From: Carcharhinus longimanus
Taxonomy: Eukaryota
Direction of reading: 5' to 3'
DNA: 64,000 bases
Assembly (NCBI GenBank): GCA_030264375.1
Contig: JASCQW010000130.1
Span: 19,204,242-19,268,241, forward strand
Under the pieces are notes generated by a model. It made no database searches. It was not told the origin of the DNA and was given only the letters and a program-made list of their open reading frames with translations. Positions 1 to 14,030 of the stretch are shown here, one piece after another. Position 1 is the stretch's first letter, and every line of letters starts with the position of its first letter. The translations under genes were made by a program, and so were the position numbers.

Positions 1-1425
1 GTTGTTCCTTTGTTTAAGAAGGGTAGCAAGAATAATCCAGGTAATTACAGGCCAGTGAGCCTTACATCAGTGGTAGGGAAATTACTGGAGAGGATTCTTC
101 GAGACAGGATTTATTCCCACTTGGAAATAAGTGGACATATTAATCAGAGGCCACATGGTTTTGTGAAGGGGAGGTCGTGTCTCACGAATTTGATCGAATT
201 TTTCGAGGAAGTGACAATGATTGATGAGGGTAGGGCAGTGGATGTTGTCTTCATGGACTTCAGTAAGTCCTTTGACAAGATCCTTCATGGCAGATTGGTA
301 CAGAAGGGGAAGTCGCATGGGATCAGAGGTGGGCTGGCAAAGTGGATACAAAACTGGCTTGGTCAAAGAAGACGGAGGGTAGCAATGGAAGGGTGTGTTT
401 CTGAATGGAGGGTGATGACAAGTGGTGTTCCTTAGGGATCAGTGATAGGACTTTGGCTGTTAGTAATATATCTATTGGAGGAAAACATATCTGGATTGAT
501 TACTAAATTTGCAGACGACACAAAGGTTGGTGGATTTGCGCGTAGCGACGAGGACTATCAGAGGATACAGCAGGATATCGATCAGTTGGAGACTTGGACG
601 GATAGGTGGCAGATGGAGTTTAATCCAGACAAATGTGAGGTAATGCATTTTGGAAGGTCTAATACAGATGGGAAATGTACAGTAAATGGCAGAACCCTTA
701 ACAGTATTGATAGGCAAAGGGATCTGGGTGTACGGGTACACAAGTCGCTGAAAGTGGCAATGCAGTTGAAGGTAGTCAAGAAGGCATGTGGCATGCTCGA
801 CTTCATTGGCCAGGGTATTGAGTTGAAAAATTGGCAGGCCATGTCGCAGCTTTAGAACCTTAGGTTGCAGTTGGAATATAGTGTTCAATTCTGGTTGCCC
901 CACTACCAGAAGGATGTGGAGGCTTTAGAGAGGGTACGGAAAAGATTTACCAGGATGTTGCCTGGTATGAAGGGCATTAGCTATGAGAAAAGATTGGAGA
1001 AACTTGCTTTGCTCTCACTGGAGCGATGGAGGTTGAGGGGAGACCTGAAAGAAGTCTACAAGGTTGAGAGGCATGGATAAAGTGGATCGTCAGAAGCTTT
1101 TTCCCCACAGTTGAAGAGTCAGTTAATAGGGGGGAAATGTTTAAGGTACAAGGCGCAAGGTTTAAAGGAGATATACGAGGCAGATTTTTTTACAGAGGGT
1201 CGTGGGTGCCTGGAACTCGTTGCCGGGGGGAGACAGTGGAAGCGGATACCGTAGTGACTTTTAAGGGGTGTCTTGACAAGTACACGAATAGGATGGGAGT
1301 TGAGGGATATGTTGCCCGGAAGGGTAGGGGTTTTTGTTAGGTCAGGCAGCATGGTTGGTGCAGGCTTGGAGGGCTGAAGGACCTGTTCTTGTGCTGTAAT
1401 TTTTTTTTTTGTTCTTTTGTTCTTT
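1..1425 (+). mobile_element. CR1-clade LINE (HER1-like): RT region and 3' UTR, disabled, cut by the window start
   Basis: ORFs 10..435, 442..855 and 865..1080 carry NYRPVSLTSVVGK, HGF, DFSKSFD, GVP*GS, KFADD and YSVQFW motifs, with stops and frameshifts. Ends in a T-rich (ttttgttc) tail. Confidence 0.95.
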
Positions 1426-1427
1426 GA

Positions 1428-1822
1428 AGTTGCCTGGATTGCAAGTGCTTACTAATGAGGGAAGACTGAAGAGGCTAGGCTTGTTTTCTTAGGAACAAAA
1501 GAGGCTGAGGGGAGACCAAGCTGAAGTGCATCAAATTCTGAGGGGTTTTGATTGAAGTGCCCACTCCTTTAGCTTGAAGGATGCACAGATTTAAAGCAAG
1601 AAATAGGAGACTTAGAAGAGATTTGAGGGTTTTCTTTCATCCAAATCATGACAAGGATCTGGACCTCGCTGCGTGAAAGGGGGCAGTCGAAGCAGAAACC
1701 CTCAAGTACAAGGCTACAGCACAAGACTAGAAAGTGGGATGAGGCTGGATTGCACCTTGTCGATCACCATGGACATGATGGGCTGAACAGCCTCTTTCCA
1801 GCCTGTATATTTGTATGATTCT
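1428..1822 (+). mobile_element. Older CR1 LINE 3' fragment directly after the first copy
   Basis: Degenerate RLxxLGLFSLExRRLRGD-type sequence, ending in a gatgggctgaacagcct...tatgattct tail. Confidence 0.75.
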
Positions 1823-2596
1823 CTGCAAGAACAGAAATTGGAAAAGCTCTTGCTGGAAAAAATATGTGACGTTTTTGGTGCCAATAATTCTCTATATAAA
1901 ATCTGTGAGAGGTGAATTTGGTTTGTAACATGTGTAACACTCCAATCTATTCCTCACTTAAAGAGGGTTCTTGATATGGAAGTAGAATTAATGAAAGAAA
2001 TTTAATGAGATACAACTCATGAGTAAGCACAGCTGTTCCTACCTGAAATAAGTGGCATACAACCAGTAACTTTGAACTTGATTTCAGTGCAAATTGTAAT
2101 CACTTGGATATTGGATTTTTTTAGTGGTAGCAAATGTGCTGATTTTGCAGTGGAATTAGACTTGATGTGTATGTGGGCATTTTTTAAGTGTTAGCATATA
2201 TATGTACATATGATGTGTGTCGTTTTTGACATGTGCTGATGAGCTAAACAAGCGCTTTGACATGCATGTTCTTTTGCTGGTAGGGAGGTTGAATTGATAA
2301 GGAATGTTTAATCAATATGATTTATTAATTTTTCACTCTTGGCGAAAAACAGTTTAAAATCTTCTGGCATTTAATTGAGTAAGATTCGTATTTAGAACCA
2401 TGATAACTGCAAGAAGAACAAATGGTGTGAAAATGGCCAATGCATATTTTTCTTTTGGGGTTGAGAATGGATCAATGATCCGACTCTCAAGGTTGGATTT
2501 CGTAGTATAATTAAATGGAGCCAGTGCATGGGTCCTTGCCTTCTACTGTCTGAACTAAACAACTATCAGTGTGCAAGTACCATAAAGAAACTAATG

Positions 2597-2670
2597 CAGG
2601 GATTCCCAAACTGGGCGTCACAATCCCTAATGAGGTGATGAGGTGAAATTTTGAGGTCATGAACTATGAG
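2597..2670. mobile_element. Probable hAT (Charlie-like) DNA transposon end
   Basis: cagggattcccaaactgggcgtcacaatccc resembles the CAGGGGTTCCCAAACT...GGGTCGCGACCC terminus. No partner end was found. Confidence 0.45.
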
Positions 2671-4789
2671 GCAGCAATTACGACTCCGAAGTTCAGATTA
2701 ATTTCTAGCAGTTACGAAGTTCCTTAACGTTCTTGCATTTTGTTTTTTTTTTGGTGGGCGTGGACTACCCTGGTCCAGTTGTAGCTGCAAAAAAAAATGC
2801 GGAAAATAGATACTTTTTGTAGAAACCCTGTCTTTTATTCAACTCTCCCACTCAACTCGGTTTGCCAACCAAACCCACCTTCCATCACCACCCCGTCATG
2901 TAATCAAGAAATAAAGTCCCCTTTTGCCCAGCAACTATAACTCTCTCTCTCTCTCTGCTGAACAACTGAAACCTTTTCTCCTTCCCCAGCCCAATACCGT
3001 CTAAAATTCCAATCCAAGCATGACATCAAGTCTGAGCCTTTAAAATGGGGCATATTGAAAAAAGTTTGGAAAGAACTAAACTGAAGCTTCAAGGACAGTT
3101 CTTTGATTAATGTTGCATTGATTCGAATGAAAGTTAGAGGATCTTTGTGTGTATCGGTTCCATTTTGATTCTGACGGTAACGATTCAAATGCGCAAGCTC
3201 TGGATTTACATGTTACGTCATTTCATGTAAAACGTTTCATCTGAACAACTTGTTTCATTAGCTCCCCAAGAGCAATTGTATGTAAGATGTCAGTATTGTA
3301 AATTGTTACTTGTGTTGTACAGTGTTTGTTACTTTTGCTGCTATCTTTGTCAATAGTCAAATTTTTTCTTGTTATGAACTTAAAATGTGATGTTTTGTCA
3401 TCTTAAATTATTGAATGTGTGGTGAAAATTTCAGGAGGGCAAACTGCTGAAACTGAGCTGAACTATTGCTGCCAGGCTTTTAGCGCTCACTACTTATTGT
3501 GCTGAATTGGAAACCACTCCCATAAATAAGTTCTTGCTTTCCAAGAAATCAGTGCGACTTTAAACGCACAACATCTTATAATGTATTGACTAGAGGTTGA
3601 ATCCAAGTCTTTGTTCTTGTAATTAGTTGACTGACTTGACATGACTCCTCTGTATTTATTTTTGGTCTTTTGGACAGTGAAAAAATAAACACTTCATCAC
3701 ATTATTCATTTGAGCATGATTTTAATTTATCAGATCTAACGACGCTTTGTTGAACACCAGTCAGATCCGAGGTGCAAATCTTTTCACAGTGATTTGCAAG
3801 CAAACACCTTTACTTTAATTACCTAATGTCAGAACAAGACAAGTGACCTGTCTCTCGAGAAATTGTACGGGGCCTCATTTACCAGGAGTGAGCCTGTTCC
3901 CTTCAGGCTGCCAACAGTGCTACTTTGCAGACAGGAATTCACTTGCAGTAAACACACAAAATTGCCAAAACCCACTTTGATTTCTCCATATCCATTGGGA
4001 GTAATAAAAACATATCCACGCTTAGTGGCCGCAGGATTTTTAAAAAAGTCTCTTATTTCAATCCACCTGTTCCTGTGAAGACAATTTTCATATCACAGCT
4101 GTGGTTCTAAAAGCTTGTTTTTCCTCACCAATTCGATGCTGATTTTGCTAGTTTCAAGATTTCTCAATGTTTACAAAGTTGCTGCTACTGGTTTTTTGTG
4201 GGAGCTGCGTCTATGGCTCCCAAATTTAAACCATCTTTGTCATGGCTGCAAACCATAGCCTTGTCCAGATGAACAGCCAATAGTATTGTGATTCCAAAAT
4301 GTGAGTTTTCCGATCAACTGAGAAGCTTCGGCTGAGTCCTGGATATGTCTTGATGACCTTGGACGCAACTGCATGAAGCAGAAAGGAAGGTCACCTGGCT
4401 GTTTTATTGATTCACTGTATTCATCTCTCCTGCAGTAAGGGTCTGGCATTATGGAGGCATGGTTACAAGGTGACTAAGGATGGGAAATAAAAAGTCCATC
4501 GTACTCAACATTTTGAAGAGACCTGCAGAATGTAATAGGAAGAGGGGTGGCCCTGATACTGAGGAAAATTTGCAAGGGCATGGAGTCATGTATGGCATTA
4601 AAGGAGACCACTTGGTCCACCCAAGTCCATGCCGCTTCTTCTGTGGCTCTGCAAGTTTGCTTTTCAAGTGTCCATGTTATTTCTTTCTGAAATCATTCAC
4701 GACAAAATATTTCTTCCCCGTATTGCCCCTCCATCTCCATTCAAAATCTAAAATGTGTGTCCCCTATTTGTATAATGAGCAAACGACAT

Positions 4790-7355
4790 TTGTGGGAAAG
4801 GATCTTGGCTCAAAAAATTGTGAAGTAGAACGGAGATTAGGAATAGCAAGAGTCAAAACACTGGTGGGGGTGGCAGTAGTTTATAAGCCACCCAGCAACG
4901 CTGACGGACAGAGCATTAAGCAAATTATTGGCGCATGGAACAAAGACATTGGAAATGATGTGGGTACTTTAATATTAATTTTGCTGGACCAATCAAATTA
5001 GTAAAGGTTGTCTGTGGTGGGAGTTTGTAGAATGCCTTTCTCAGAATTTCCTGGAGCAACATATTATGCAATGAATGAGGGATGAAACTATTTTACATTG
5101 ACTATTGCACAACGAGGAAGTGTTCATTCGTACTGTCATAAAAGATTTAATGGTGAATGGTTATCAGAACACAACTAAATTCTACGTTTTAAGTTTGAAA
5201 ATGACATGCTGCAATCACAAACCAGAATTTTAAACTTAAAGCCAATTGCGTAAGTGTGAGGGGTTGGGGGGTAATGGCTCAGGTTTGATTGGGTCAATAG
5301 ACTAAAGGTTATATCAGTAAATAAAAAGAGGGAAACATGTAAAGAAACAGTTTAAAATGTTTGAGACAAATACATTATATTGATAAAGAAACTCAATGAG
5401 AACGATAATGGCTTAGTAAGGAGAATAAGGACAGTATTAGGTTTTAAAAGATTAGGATTATATCTGTAATATTGACAAGAATAATGTTAAATCTGAGGAT
5501 TGGGAGTGTTTTAGAAATGAGTAAAAGGCCACCCAAAGGTTAGTGAAAAAGGAAAAATGGAATAAAAGTCAAGTAACCAGGAATATAAAGACTATTTATC
5601 GGAGCTTTTACAAGTACATAAAAAGGAAAAGAGCTGCTGAAGCCAATACTGGCCCCTTAGAAACAGGGTTGGGAGAAATTGTCATGAGGCATGAGGAAAT
5701 AGTGGAGATGTTAAACAGAAATTTTGTGTGTATCTCGTGGAAGACACAAGTTGCAAATCAGAAAGTGAAGCTAATTAAAGCATTTGGGGGAGTATAAGAA
5801 TGAGGAAAGTAAAGTTACCAATAAGAGCAAAGAAAAAGTACATGAGGAACTCTAGGGACCAGAATTTGACAAATCCCCAGAACCCAATGGCCTACATGCC
5901 AGTTTTCTAAAATGGATCACTGCACTGATAGTGGATTTGCTGGCTATGATTTTCCAAAATTCCCTATTTCTGGAATGGTCCCAGCAGATAGGAAGTCAGC
6001 ATGTGTAATTCTGCTATTCAAGAGAGAAAACTGGGAACTGCATACCAGTTTGCCTCACATCAGTAATTGTGAAAGTCCTGGAATGTATTATTAAGGAACT
6101 CTGAACAATGAATTTGGAAAAACATAGTATGGTCAGAAAAAGTTCATATGGCTTTACAGAAGGGGAATCCTGTTTGATCAAATTGTTGGAGCTTTTTGAG
6201 GATGTAATGAGTTGTGCAGAAAGGAGAACCAATGAATTGTTGCATGTTTGCGTTTCCAAAAGATAATTGATAACGTGCAGAACATAATGTTAATACGTAA
6301 GTATTCATGGAGTGGGGGTGATGCACTAGCATTGACAGAGGAGTGGTTAATGGAAAGCAAGCAGAGGGGAGGGATAATTTGGGCAGTTTCGAGTTGGCAG
6401 GTGTGCCACAAGGATCAGTATGAAGACTGCAGCTATTTACAGTCTGTATCGCTAACTTAGCTGAAGAGATAGTGAGAATAATGCGTCTAAAGTTTGTTGA
6501 TGATGTAAAGCTAAGTGGGAATGCAAGCTGTGAGGGGAGTCCTAAAAGACTAGAAAGAGTTATGGATCAGTGAGTGGGCAACAAGGTAGCAGAGGTCTAT
6601 AAGTAAATATAAGATCATCCACTTGGGTTATCCACTTGAGTCACAAGACTAGAAAAAGGAATTTTTTTTAAAAGGCATGCAACTTGGAAATATTGATGTT
6701 CTGAGAAACTTGGGTGCACAAGGAACACTAAGCGTGCAGGTACTGTAAGCAGTTAGGAAAGCTAATAGCATGTTGACCATTGTTGCCAGGGAATTGCAGT
6801 ACTAGAATAAAGAACTGTTGCAACAATTGTACAGGGCTTTAAGACTACACTTGAACACAATGTACAATTTTGGTCTCTGTATTTAAGTAAGGGTATACCT
6901 GCATTAGAGGCTATACAGCAAATGTTCATGAGAAAGGTCCCTGAGGTGAAAGGTTGCTCTGAAATGAGTGGCTGAATAAATTGTCTGGCGTGTCGAAGAA
7001 GAAGTGATTGAAGTTTATGAAAGGCCTTGACAGGTAGACACTAAAAGGTTGTTTCCCTTAGGAGGAGAATCTAGAACAAGGGTGGGGGGCCTGTTTCAGG
7101 ATAAGGAGCCAATCATTTAGGACTGGGATGAGGAGAAATTTCTTCACTTAAAGGGTTGTGAACCTTTGGAATTCTCTGCACCAGAACATTGTGGCTGCTC
7201 GATTGAGTTGTTTAAGGCTGAGATGGAGGTCTTTTGGCCTTGAGAATCAAGGGGTACAGGGAGTGGGTGGGAAAGTGGAACCAGCCTCGATCATGTCAAT
7301 GGTGGAGTAGGCTAATAGGCCAACCGGTCTTCTGCCACTTGTTTTTATGTTCTTC
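4790..7355 (+). mobile_element. Decayed CR1 LINE ORF2 (end of endonuclease through RT) with 3' UTR
   Basis: VVYKPP, FYKYIKRKR, KSPEPNG and PVCLTSVIVKVLE remnants, GESCLIKLLE and KFVDD motifs, and a CR1-type tail ending tttatgttctt. Confidence 0.88.
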
Positions 7356-10300
7356 TGTTGAAAAATTACTTGTGGGTACAGAGCATCAATTTTGTGGGCT
7401 ATTGATGAGAATGAACAGTCAGTTTGGGTTATTGGGTTCTCATGCGTTCCAAGGTCATGCTTCACCTGAGGCCTCTGAGCATCTTCACCTCAGATGATTC
7501 GTAGCAGCCTAACAGACCCATTTGCTCAGTAAAGTGAGCACGAAGCGTAGTGATTAAAGAATTGTCAACATGAGCTGTTTAAAGTTACAGGCAGCCAAGT
7601 TGTTTTGTTATGTTAAATTACAAGCTACAGACAGAGTAGTTTGTGCTATTTGTGATGTAGTCATCTATTGTGCTCTCATGATGCACTTGGCCCTTTGATT
7701 GTAGCTGGAATGGACAAGGTACCTCCAAGGTCTTCAGGCTGTCCATACACATGGAATCCAGTGGTTCTCCCCATGTATGGCTTGTGTTGGAATTGGATTT
7801 GCTAACATCTACAATAGTAGATCTGATTCTGGATACTGACTTCTTATATTTGGATGGCCAGAACAGAGTTTTTGTAGCTATTCATGTGTTTTCCTGAATC
7901 CAAGAATGTTAAGGAAAACTAACTTTGTGTGAACATACTCTAGCTGTGTCAAACCTTTTTGAAATCTTCGGGTTGTGATCAAACCTGAAAACCTGTTTGT
8001 GTTTGACTTGATTCAGCTGTTTAGGCTGCTATATTTCGATGCAGTTTTGATGTCTAATATTTGTTAGGTGAAGCTTCAAATTCACCCAACATCTTGTCAT
8101 ATCTAGAGATTTTAGATGATACTCGAATGTTTTGTTGGTGTTTATTTAAGATTGTGAACCTTGAACTTTTACTATCCTTTGAGTGCACTCCAATGCAGAC
8201 ATCAGCAGAGGTTAATCCTTTTTTCCCAATTGTTTTGCACATGACGCAGCTCATATGAAGGACTCTTTGGAGTATGGTGCTGAATCCCTTTCTCCAAATA
8301 TGTAGTGAAGACTGTTCTTCTGAAGTGAGTTATAATGCACTGGAGATTTACTTGACTACCTTCGGTCAGTTACTAGAAACTCTGAATTATCCTGTCAAGA
8401 GCTGCCCATAAGCTTACAACTATCGCATGTGGATTCATGCTGCCTTCTAGACAGGAACTTGGCACTAGAGTTGAATTAAATAATTTCTTGCCATTATCTC
8501 CAGTATATTAGCCTTGCATTATGGGTAGATTGATTGATTGTCTAACATTTGAAAAATAGGTATTTGATCAGATGTTTTTTCAACATTCGTAAGTTTGAAA
8601 GATATGGCTCACTTCACGCTTGCCATTTTGTTTTGCGTCAAATTTAACATATTTGCTTTGAGTTGTTCTGTGGGTTTGTTTTTCCTTTTTGAGAGGATCA
8701 ATGTATCTTTTTGCCCTCTTTTCCCAATATCATTTTTGAGCAAGAAATAAAAGATAACCTGCATAACTGCCATCAATGATACTTTGAAGTCTGCAAAAGC
8801 AAGCTGGAGATGATCGTATTTCCTCCTGCATTCCCAATGGAAAATGCCTGTCCAGCATGGTGGAAACTTCAACATTTGTTCCATTTGTCTACAACATCTC
8901 GGGTTTTTTTGAAGTTCACTTCTCGTTGTAATGGCAGTAATTGGTTTCAATTGTCATCTTGTTCTTTGCTTCCCTTGATTTGAAATCTCATTTCCAATTA
9001 AGACAAAATTACACTTGGGGTCTGCTGTAGATTTTGAAGACAAATGACTGTGCTATAATTATTAACCCAGTGAGGGGGTAGGTCTTCTGTGGCTTAATTT
9101 CCAAAGAATGTTTCAGAAATTGGTCCTATCAGGAAATTATATTTTTGGATTGATTCTTCATGCAATGGAGAAACATATAACATTAATTGTAAAGATTTTG
9201 CACATGTAGCAATTTGTTGGTATCTACTTGGCACGTTTACTTTTTGGCAGTGTGCAAGAACAAACTTTGTTTTTGAGAAGGGAAATGTTTTGCAAATGAT
9301 TGCACTTAGCACTGTTCCTACGCTCATAAATATGCTTTTCGATGCAGGCAAAGTTACAGATTTTCCTACCGAGGTGTTGAAATTGAAGCTGAAAGATCTA
9401 GGTGTATTAATTCAATAAGCACAGCATGTCTCATAATGTTGGAGCAGCAATCAGCCTAATAAAAGGAAGGCTACATAATATTGCTAAGGCAGAGGTGTTA
9501 GGATCCCCGTGAAGATGGAGAACAATAACTTAAATGAATCAAACAGCTCATCTGGAAAAAAACATGATGGATATGATTTCACCTTGAAAACCTTTACTGT
9601 ACCAATCAAACCAAAGTGAACATAAACATGAAGTAACAGGCAAATGGTGTATAAATTATGCTTGAAATAGTCGATACAACATAGATGGATCTCTCAGATT
9701 TCTTGAGTAATCCCTTTGGCGTAAATGGCATTAATTTTAGCTTCATGTAAAACTTGGTCTTTCCCAGGTAGAGATTCAGTTCTTTAATTCATGCAAAAGT
9801 TAAGCACCAAGTCTCATCCAATAGTAGCTTTCTTAGACCTGAGTTATATGGGTACAACGTCCAGCAAAAAGCGCACACCTTTCCCAATCCCCCTCATGTT
9901 GCTCACGGAATCAGCCTTTCTTGTCATCTTTTCCAAGACTCCCCTTCCTTGGCTGTCTCTCGCACATTCTTCCTCTGACATGTTCTGACCACTGCTGGAA
10001 GTGAGTTCCCAAGCCCTGTGTTATTCTGACCACTGTTCAGCTGGGTGCTTTTTACCCCCAGCCAACTTCCATTTCCCGAGCAACTGAAGGCCAGATGCTG
10101 ATTTCTCAGAAGTCAGATGTCACAGTCAGAAATTCAGAGCTACACCATTCTCCATACCCCCACCCCCACGCTTTTTTTTTCCAGGAACTTGGAGTTTTTA
10201 TTTCTTTTTCTGTTAGGGACTGTCTCAAAAAGTACAAACTTTGAACCACAGTCATTGCAGACAACTCTTGCAAACTAGATTTTATCATGGAGGGTGTTGG

Positions 10301-10439
10301 TGAAATGTCAGACTACATCTTCTATCTTTGATGTCCCAGATATCAGCCATTATGGTGGTACAGAGAATGGTGCGAATAGCCCTTAGTCTGACCTTTATTT
10401 GTGAGGTATGAAAATTGCTGGCTCGATGAGCAGTTACTG

Positions 10440-10660
10440 CTTATCCTAATAAGCCCTTGAGAAGATGATGGTGAGCCCCTTCTTGAACAGTCCATGTTGT
10501 GTCGGTATAGTCACAATGTTTTTGGAGAGAGAGTTCCAGAGTTTTGTTCCAGCCACAGTGAAGGAACAGTTTATAGTTCCAAGTCAGAATGCTGTCTGCT
10601 TTGGAGGGAACTTTCTGATGGTAGTGTATCATCGTGTATCTATGCCTTTGTTTTTCTCGT
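10440..10660 (-). mobile_element. LINE 3' end fragment (family with cttctcaagggc...aataaa tail)
   Basis: Reverse complement matches the + strand copy at 42590-42860 and the - strand copy at 32600-32790. Confidence 0.7.
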
Positions 10661-11666
10661 GGTGTTTGCAGTATGTTCCAACTACAAGATGCACTGAGGC
10701 AACACAAACCAAGGCTTCTCCAAACCCACTCCACATACTACTAGAAAAACCAAGACATAGATCCATGGGGACTCTCCCACCAGAAAACTTCCCCCNNNNN
10801 NNNNNNNNNNNNNNNNNNNNNNNNNNNNNNNNNNNNNNNNNNNNNNNNNNNNNNNNNNNNNNNNNNNNNNNNNNNNNNNNNNNNNNNNNNNNNNNCCCCC
10901 CAAAAAGCAATTTGTGCTTATTCAATTGAGCACTGACTTGAGGGAAGAAAACTTCCCTTTCCCTTTCAAAAAGAACAGTTTTTTAAAGTAATAAATTACT
11001 GGAAATAAATACCACAAAAGGCCATTGAAGTTAGTGTGAGGTGATAAGTGAATGCCGGGGCAGCATTGCCATTAACTTTAAGGCTGATAATGATGAGCAT
11101 TAATTTAGTTGATTCAAAAAGCACTTGGGGCATTTTCACAAAGCTGCTCCAGTTAATTGTGCTGCTGCCGGAAAACTCAATTTTTTATTGCAATTTGAAA
11201 TTATTTCCTCTCTTATCCTCTGTGGGTTATTGCAAATAAAAAAAACTCTAACAAATGGAATTTGGATAAATGAACACATCAAGGCAGTGAATTCACAGAA
11301 ATGTAAATATTTTCTGTCTTGCATGGCCTACTCTTTAGAAATGAGAATGCTGGGCTCAGAGAATATGACTTTAGTTTGAATGAGATTCAGGTTTAGTCCA
11401 ATGCACTGTGAAAGCCATAAACAGTGTCATTTCAAAAAAATGGTTATTTGTCGGGTGCTCATTCCCAGAAATCAAGGGACTGTTTCTTAGGTTTGGAGCT
11501 CTCAATTGTGGTGGATCCAGCATCCCTTCCCATGATAGAAAAAATTTGCACACAGGCACTTGTGCANNNNNNNNNNNNNNNNNNNNNNNNNNNNNNNNNN
11601 NNNNNNNNNNNNNNNNNNNNNNNNNNNNNNNNNNNNNNNNNNNNNNNNNNNNNNNNNNNNNNNNNN

Positions 11667-12135
11667 CAATTAAGGTCTCTTGTCCTGCCACATTCAGCTG
11701 TCAGTGGTGGACAATAAAATAATTAACAGCAGGAGGAGTCCACAAATGTCCTTAAAAAATTGTAGAGCTCAGCACTTCAGTGCAAAAGTCAAGGCTGAAG
11801 CATTTGCAGTCATCTTCAACCAGACGTGCTGGGCAGGTGATCTATCTTGACCTCTTACGGTGCCCAGCATCATAGATGCCAATTTGATTCACTCTACATG
11901 AAAATAAGGCGGCACTGGATGCTACGAAGGCTTGAGGCCAAGGCAACAGTACTGAAGACTTGTGCACCAAATTTAGCTGTCCAAGCTGTTCTAGTGCATC
12001 TACAATATTGGCATCTATCTGGCAGTGTGAAAATTGCCCAAATATATTGTCCACAAAAAAGGACAAATCCAATTAGGCTAATTACTGTCCCATGAATCTA
12101 TACTCAATCACCAGCAATGGTGGAAAGGGTTGTTG
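11667..12135 (+). mobile_element. Non-LTR retrotransposon ORF2 fragment, region before the RT domain
   Basis: QWWTIK, KAEAFAVIF, VLKTCAP, KIAQI and KKDKSN..NYCP remnants. Confidence 0.75.
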
Positions 12136-12924
12136 AATTCTATTTCATTCATGACTTTAGAATACTGTCTGACCATTGCACAGCCCTGTCAATGCAGACC
12201 TAAATGCAATTAGTTGAGTTGATTTCTGCTGCAGTCATGAAATCATCAAATATTGCCTTTTCTATTGCTTTTGAACCCTTAGTAAAGTCTTTTATTTCCA
12301 GATTCCAAGTTCCAACATGGATGTGAATCTCATGAACAATGAATGTTTTAGATTCTTTGAGTGTGACCTAATCTAAAAGATTCAACAACAAATGGGACAT
12401 TCCAGAAATGTTTGTAGATTGCTGACATTGTGCAACAGCCATTGCCACATAGTTGATAAATGCACTAGAAAACTGCCTTCTGATAAATCAATCCAGTGTC
12501 TTGACATTGGCATTTTCTCGGATTCCTTGGTTATAACAGTCTTTTGTTGAGCAAGGTGCAACAAGTGCACAGCTTACGAGGCTCCTTTTGTGTGCAGTCA
12601 GTTGCACTGTTATAAAATTTCTGTCCACACCTTCCATTTCAGAAATCAAAGTTCCCTCTTACTCTGATACCAAACCCCAACCATTTGGTGAAAGCCAACG
12701 GTTTAAATTAACCACAGCAGTAACAGTGGATGGAACATGAAAGACATGGAGAACTAAACAGTGACTTTATCCACTTGACCTCATTGCCGTGAATTCATTA
12801 ATGTTGAAGACAGCCTCACTCTTCTCCTGAACCACTCACCAATGCCTCCCACTCCGCTGACACTGATTTATCAAGAAGATCTTTCCAGTCCACATCTTAG
12901 TTTAATTTGATCTTTTCCCTTTGA

Positions 12925-13213
12925 GTGGCAAGTGGTTAGTACTGCTGCCTCACAGTGCCAGGGACCTGGGTTTGATTTCCTCCTTGGGTCACTGCCTGTG
13001 CAGAATCTGCACATTCTCCCCGTGCCTGCGTTGGTTTCCTCAGGGTACTCCAGTTTCCTCCCACAGCCTGAAAGACGTGTTGGTTATGTGCATTGGCCAT
13101 ACTAAATTTTCTCTGTATACCTGAATAAGCACCAGAGTGTGGCGACTAACCTTATAATAACTTGATTGCAATGTTAATGTCAGCCTACTTGTGAATTAAT
13201 AAATAAACTTAAG
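12925..13213 (+). mobile_element. tRNA-derived V-SINE (HE1-like head) with alternative tail
   Basis: A/B-box head gtggttagtactgctgcctcacagtgccagggacctgggtttgatt, a V-domain, and the tail cctacttgtgaattaataaataaa. Confidence 0.85.
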
Positions 13214-13369
13214 CTTGAGGACTTTAACTCCTGATTTACGTTTGTTCTGCTAAATCTCACTGTATTATGACCACACAAGACTCTCTCACTGACAACCCCA
13301 TCCACATGCCCAGCTTTAGTCTCTAAAGCAATTCGGAACTTGCCTATCACATGTTGGGTTTGCTACATT

Positions 13370-14030
13370 CTTGCTAAACATTTTCTCCTAAATACAAAGA
13401 GTCCTGTGGTCTTGTACCTTTTTAGACTGATTCCTTCCCAGTTGATTGAAATTCCTTGCTATTACTACTCCATTGATATTGTACTTATCAGAAATTTGCC
13501 TGAGCATTTGCCCTTCTATTTCCATTTGTCTGTTTGGGTGCCTCTTATATTTTCCCAGCAGTGTGATTGCCTATATTTTTGCTATTCATTTCAACTCTCA
13601 TTTGATCCCTGCTCACAGCTGCAAGTGTTTCTTTAACAATATTATATCCCTACTCCTCTTTTTTTATCCCAATCTCGATCTCATCTGAAAGCCTAGCTAC
13701 CCAATGGGCTTCCTTTTCTGCTCTTAAAGCCATGTTTCAGTAATGTGTATAATATTATTCTTGTAAACAGCCATCTGTGACCTCAGCAAACCTACCTTTT
13801 TCACTAGGCTCATTGCATTGAAATATATAGCATATTGCAGCTGCCTAATTTCTTTGTCTATTTCCTAACCTTTGCTTCCTCTATTTTTTACACTCGCTTA
13901 TTAATTTTCTGCTTTCCATGTTCAACTTCGCTTCTTTCCCTTCTGAACCTGCATCCCATGTTTGCGTCTTCAGCTAGTTCAAACCTTTCCCAACAGTACG
14001 AGCAAACCTCATGTGCCAAGTGCATATCAC
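13370..14030 (-). mobile_element. Decayed CR1 LINE, AP-endonuclease region
   Basis: The reverse complement of about 13726-13745 encodes ITETWL, an APE motif. Confidence 0.6.

Noticed and set aside
10-1340. Functional reverse transcriptase gene
   Set aside because: An in-frame stop at 433-435 and several frameshifts make it an ordinary decayed CR1 copy.
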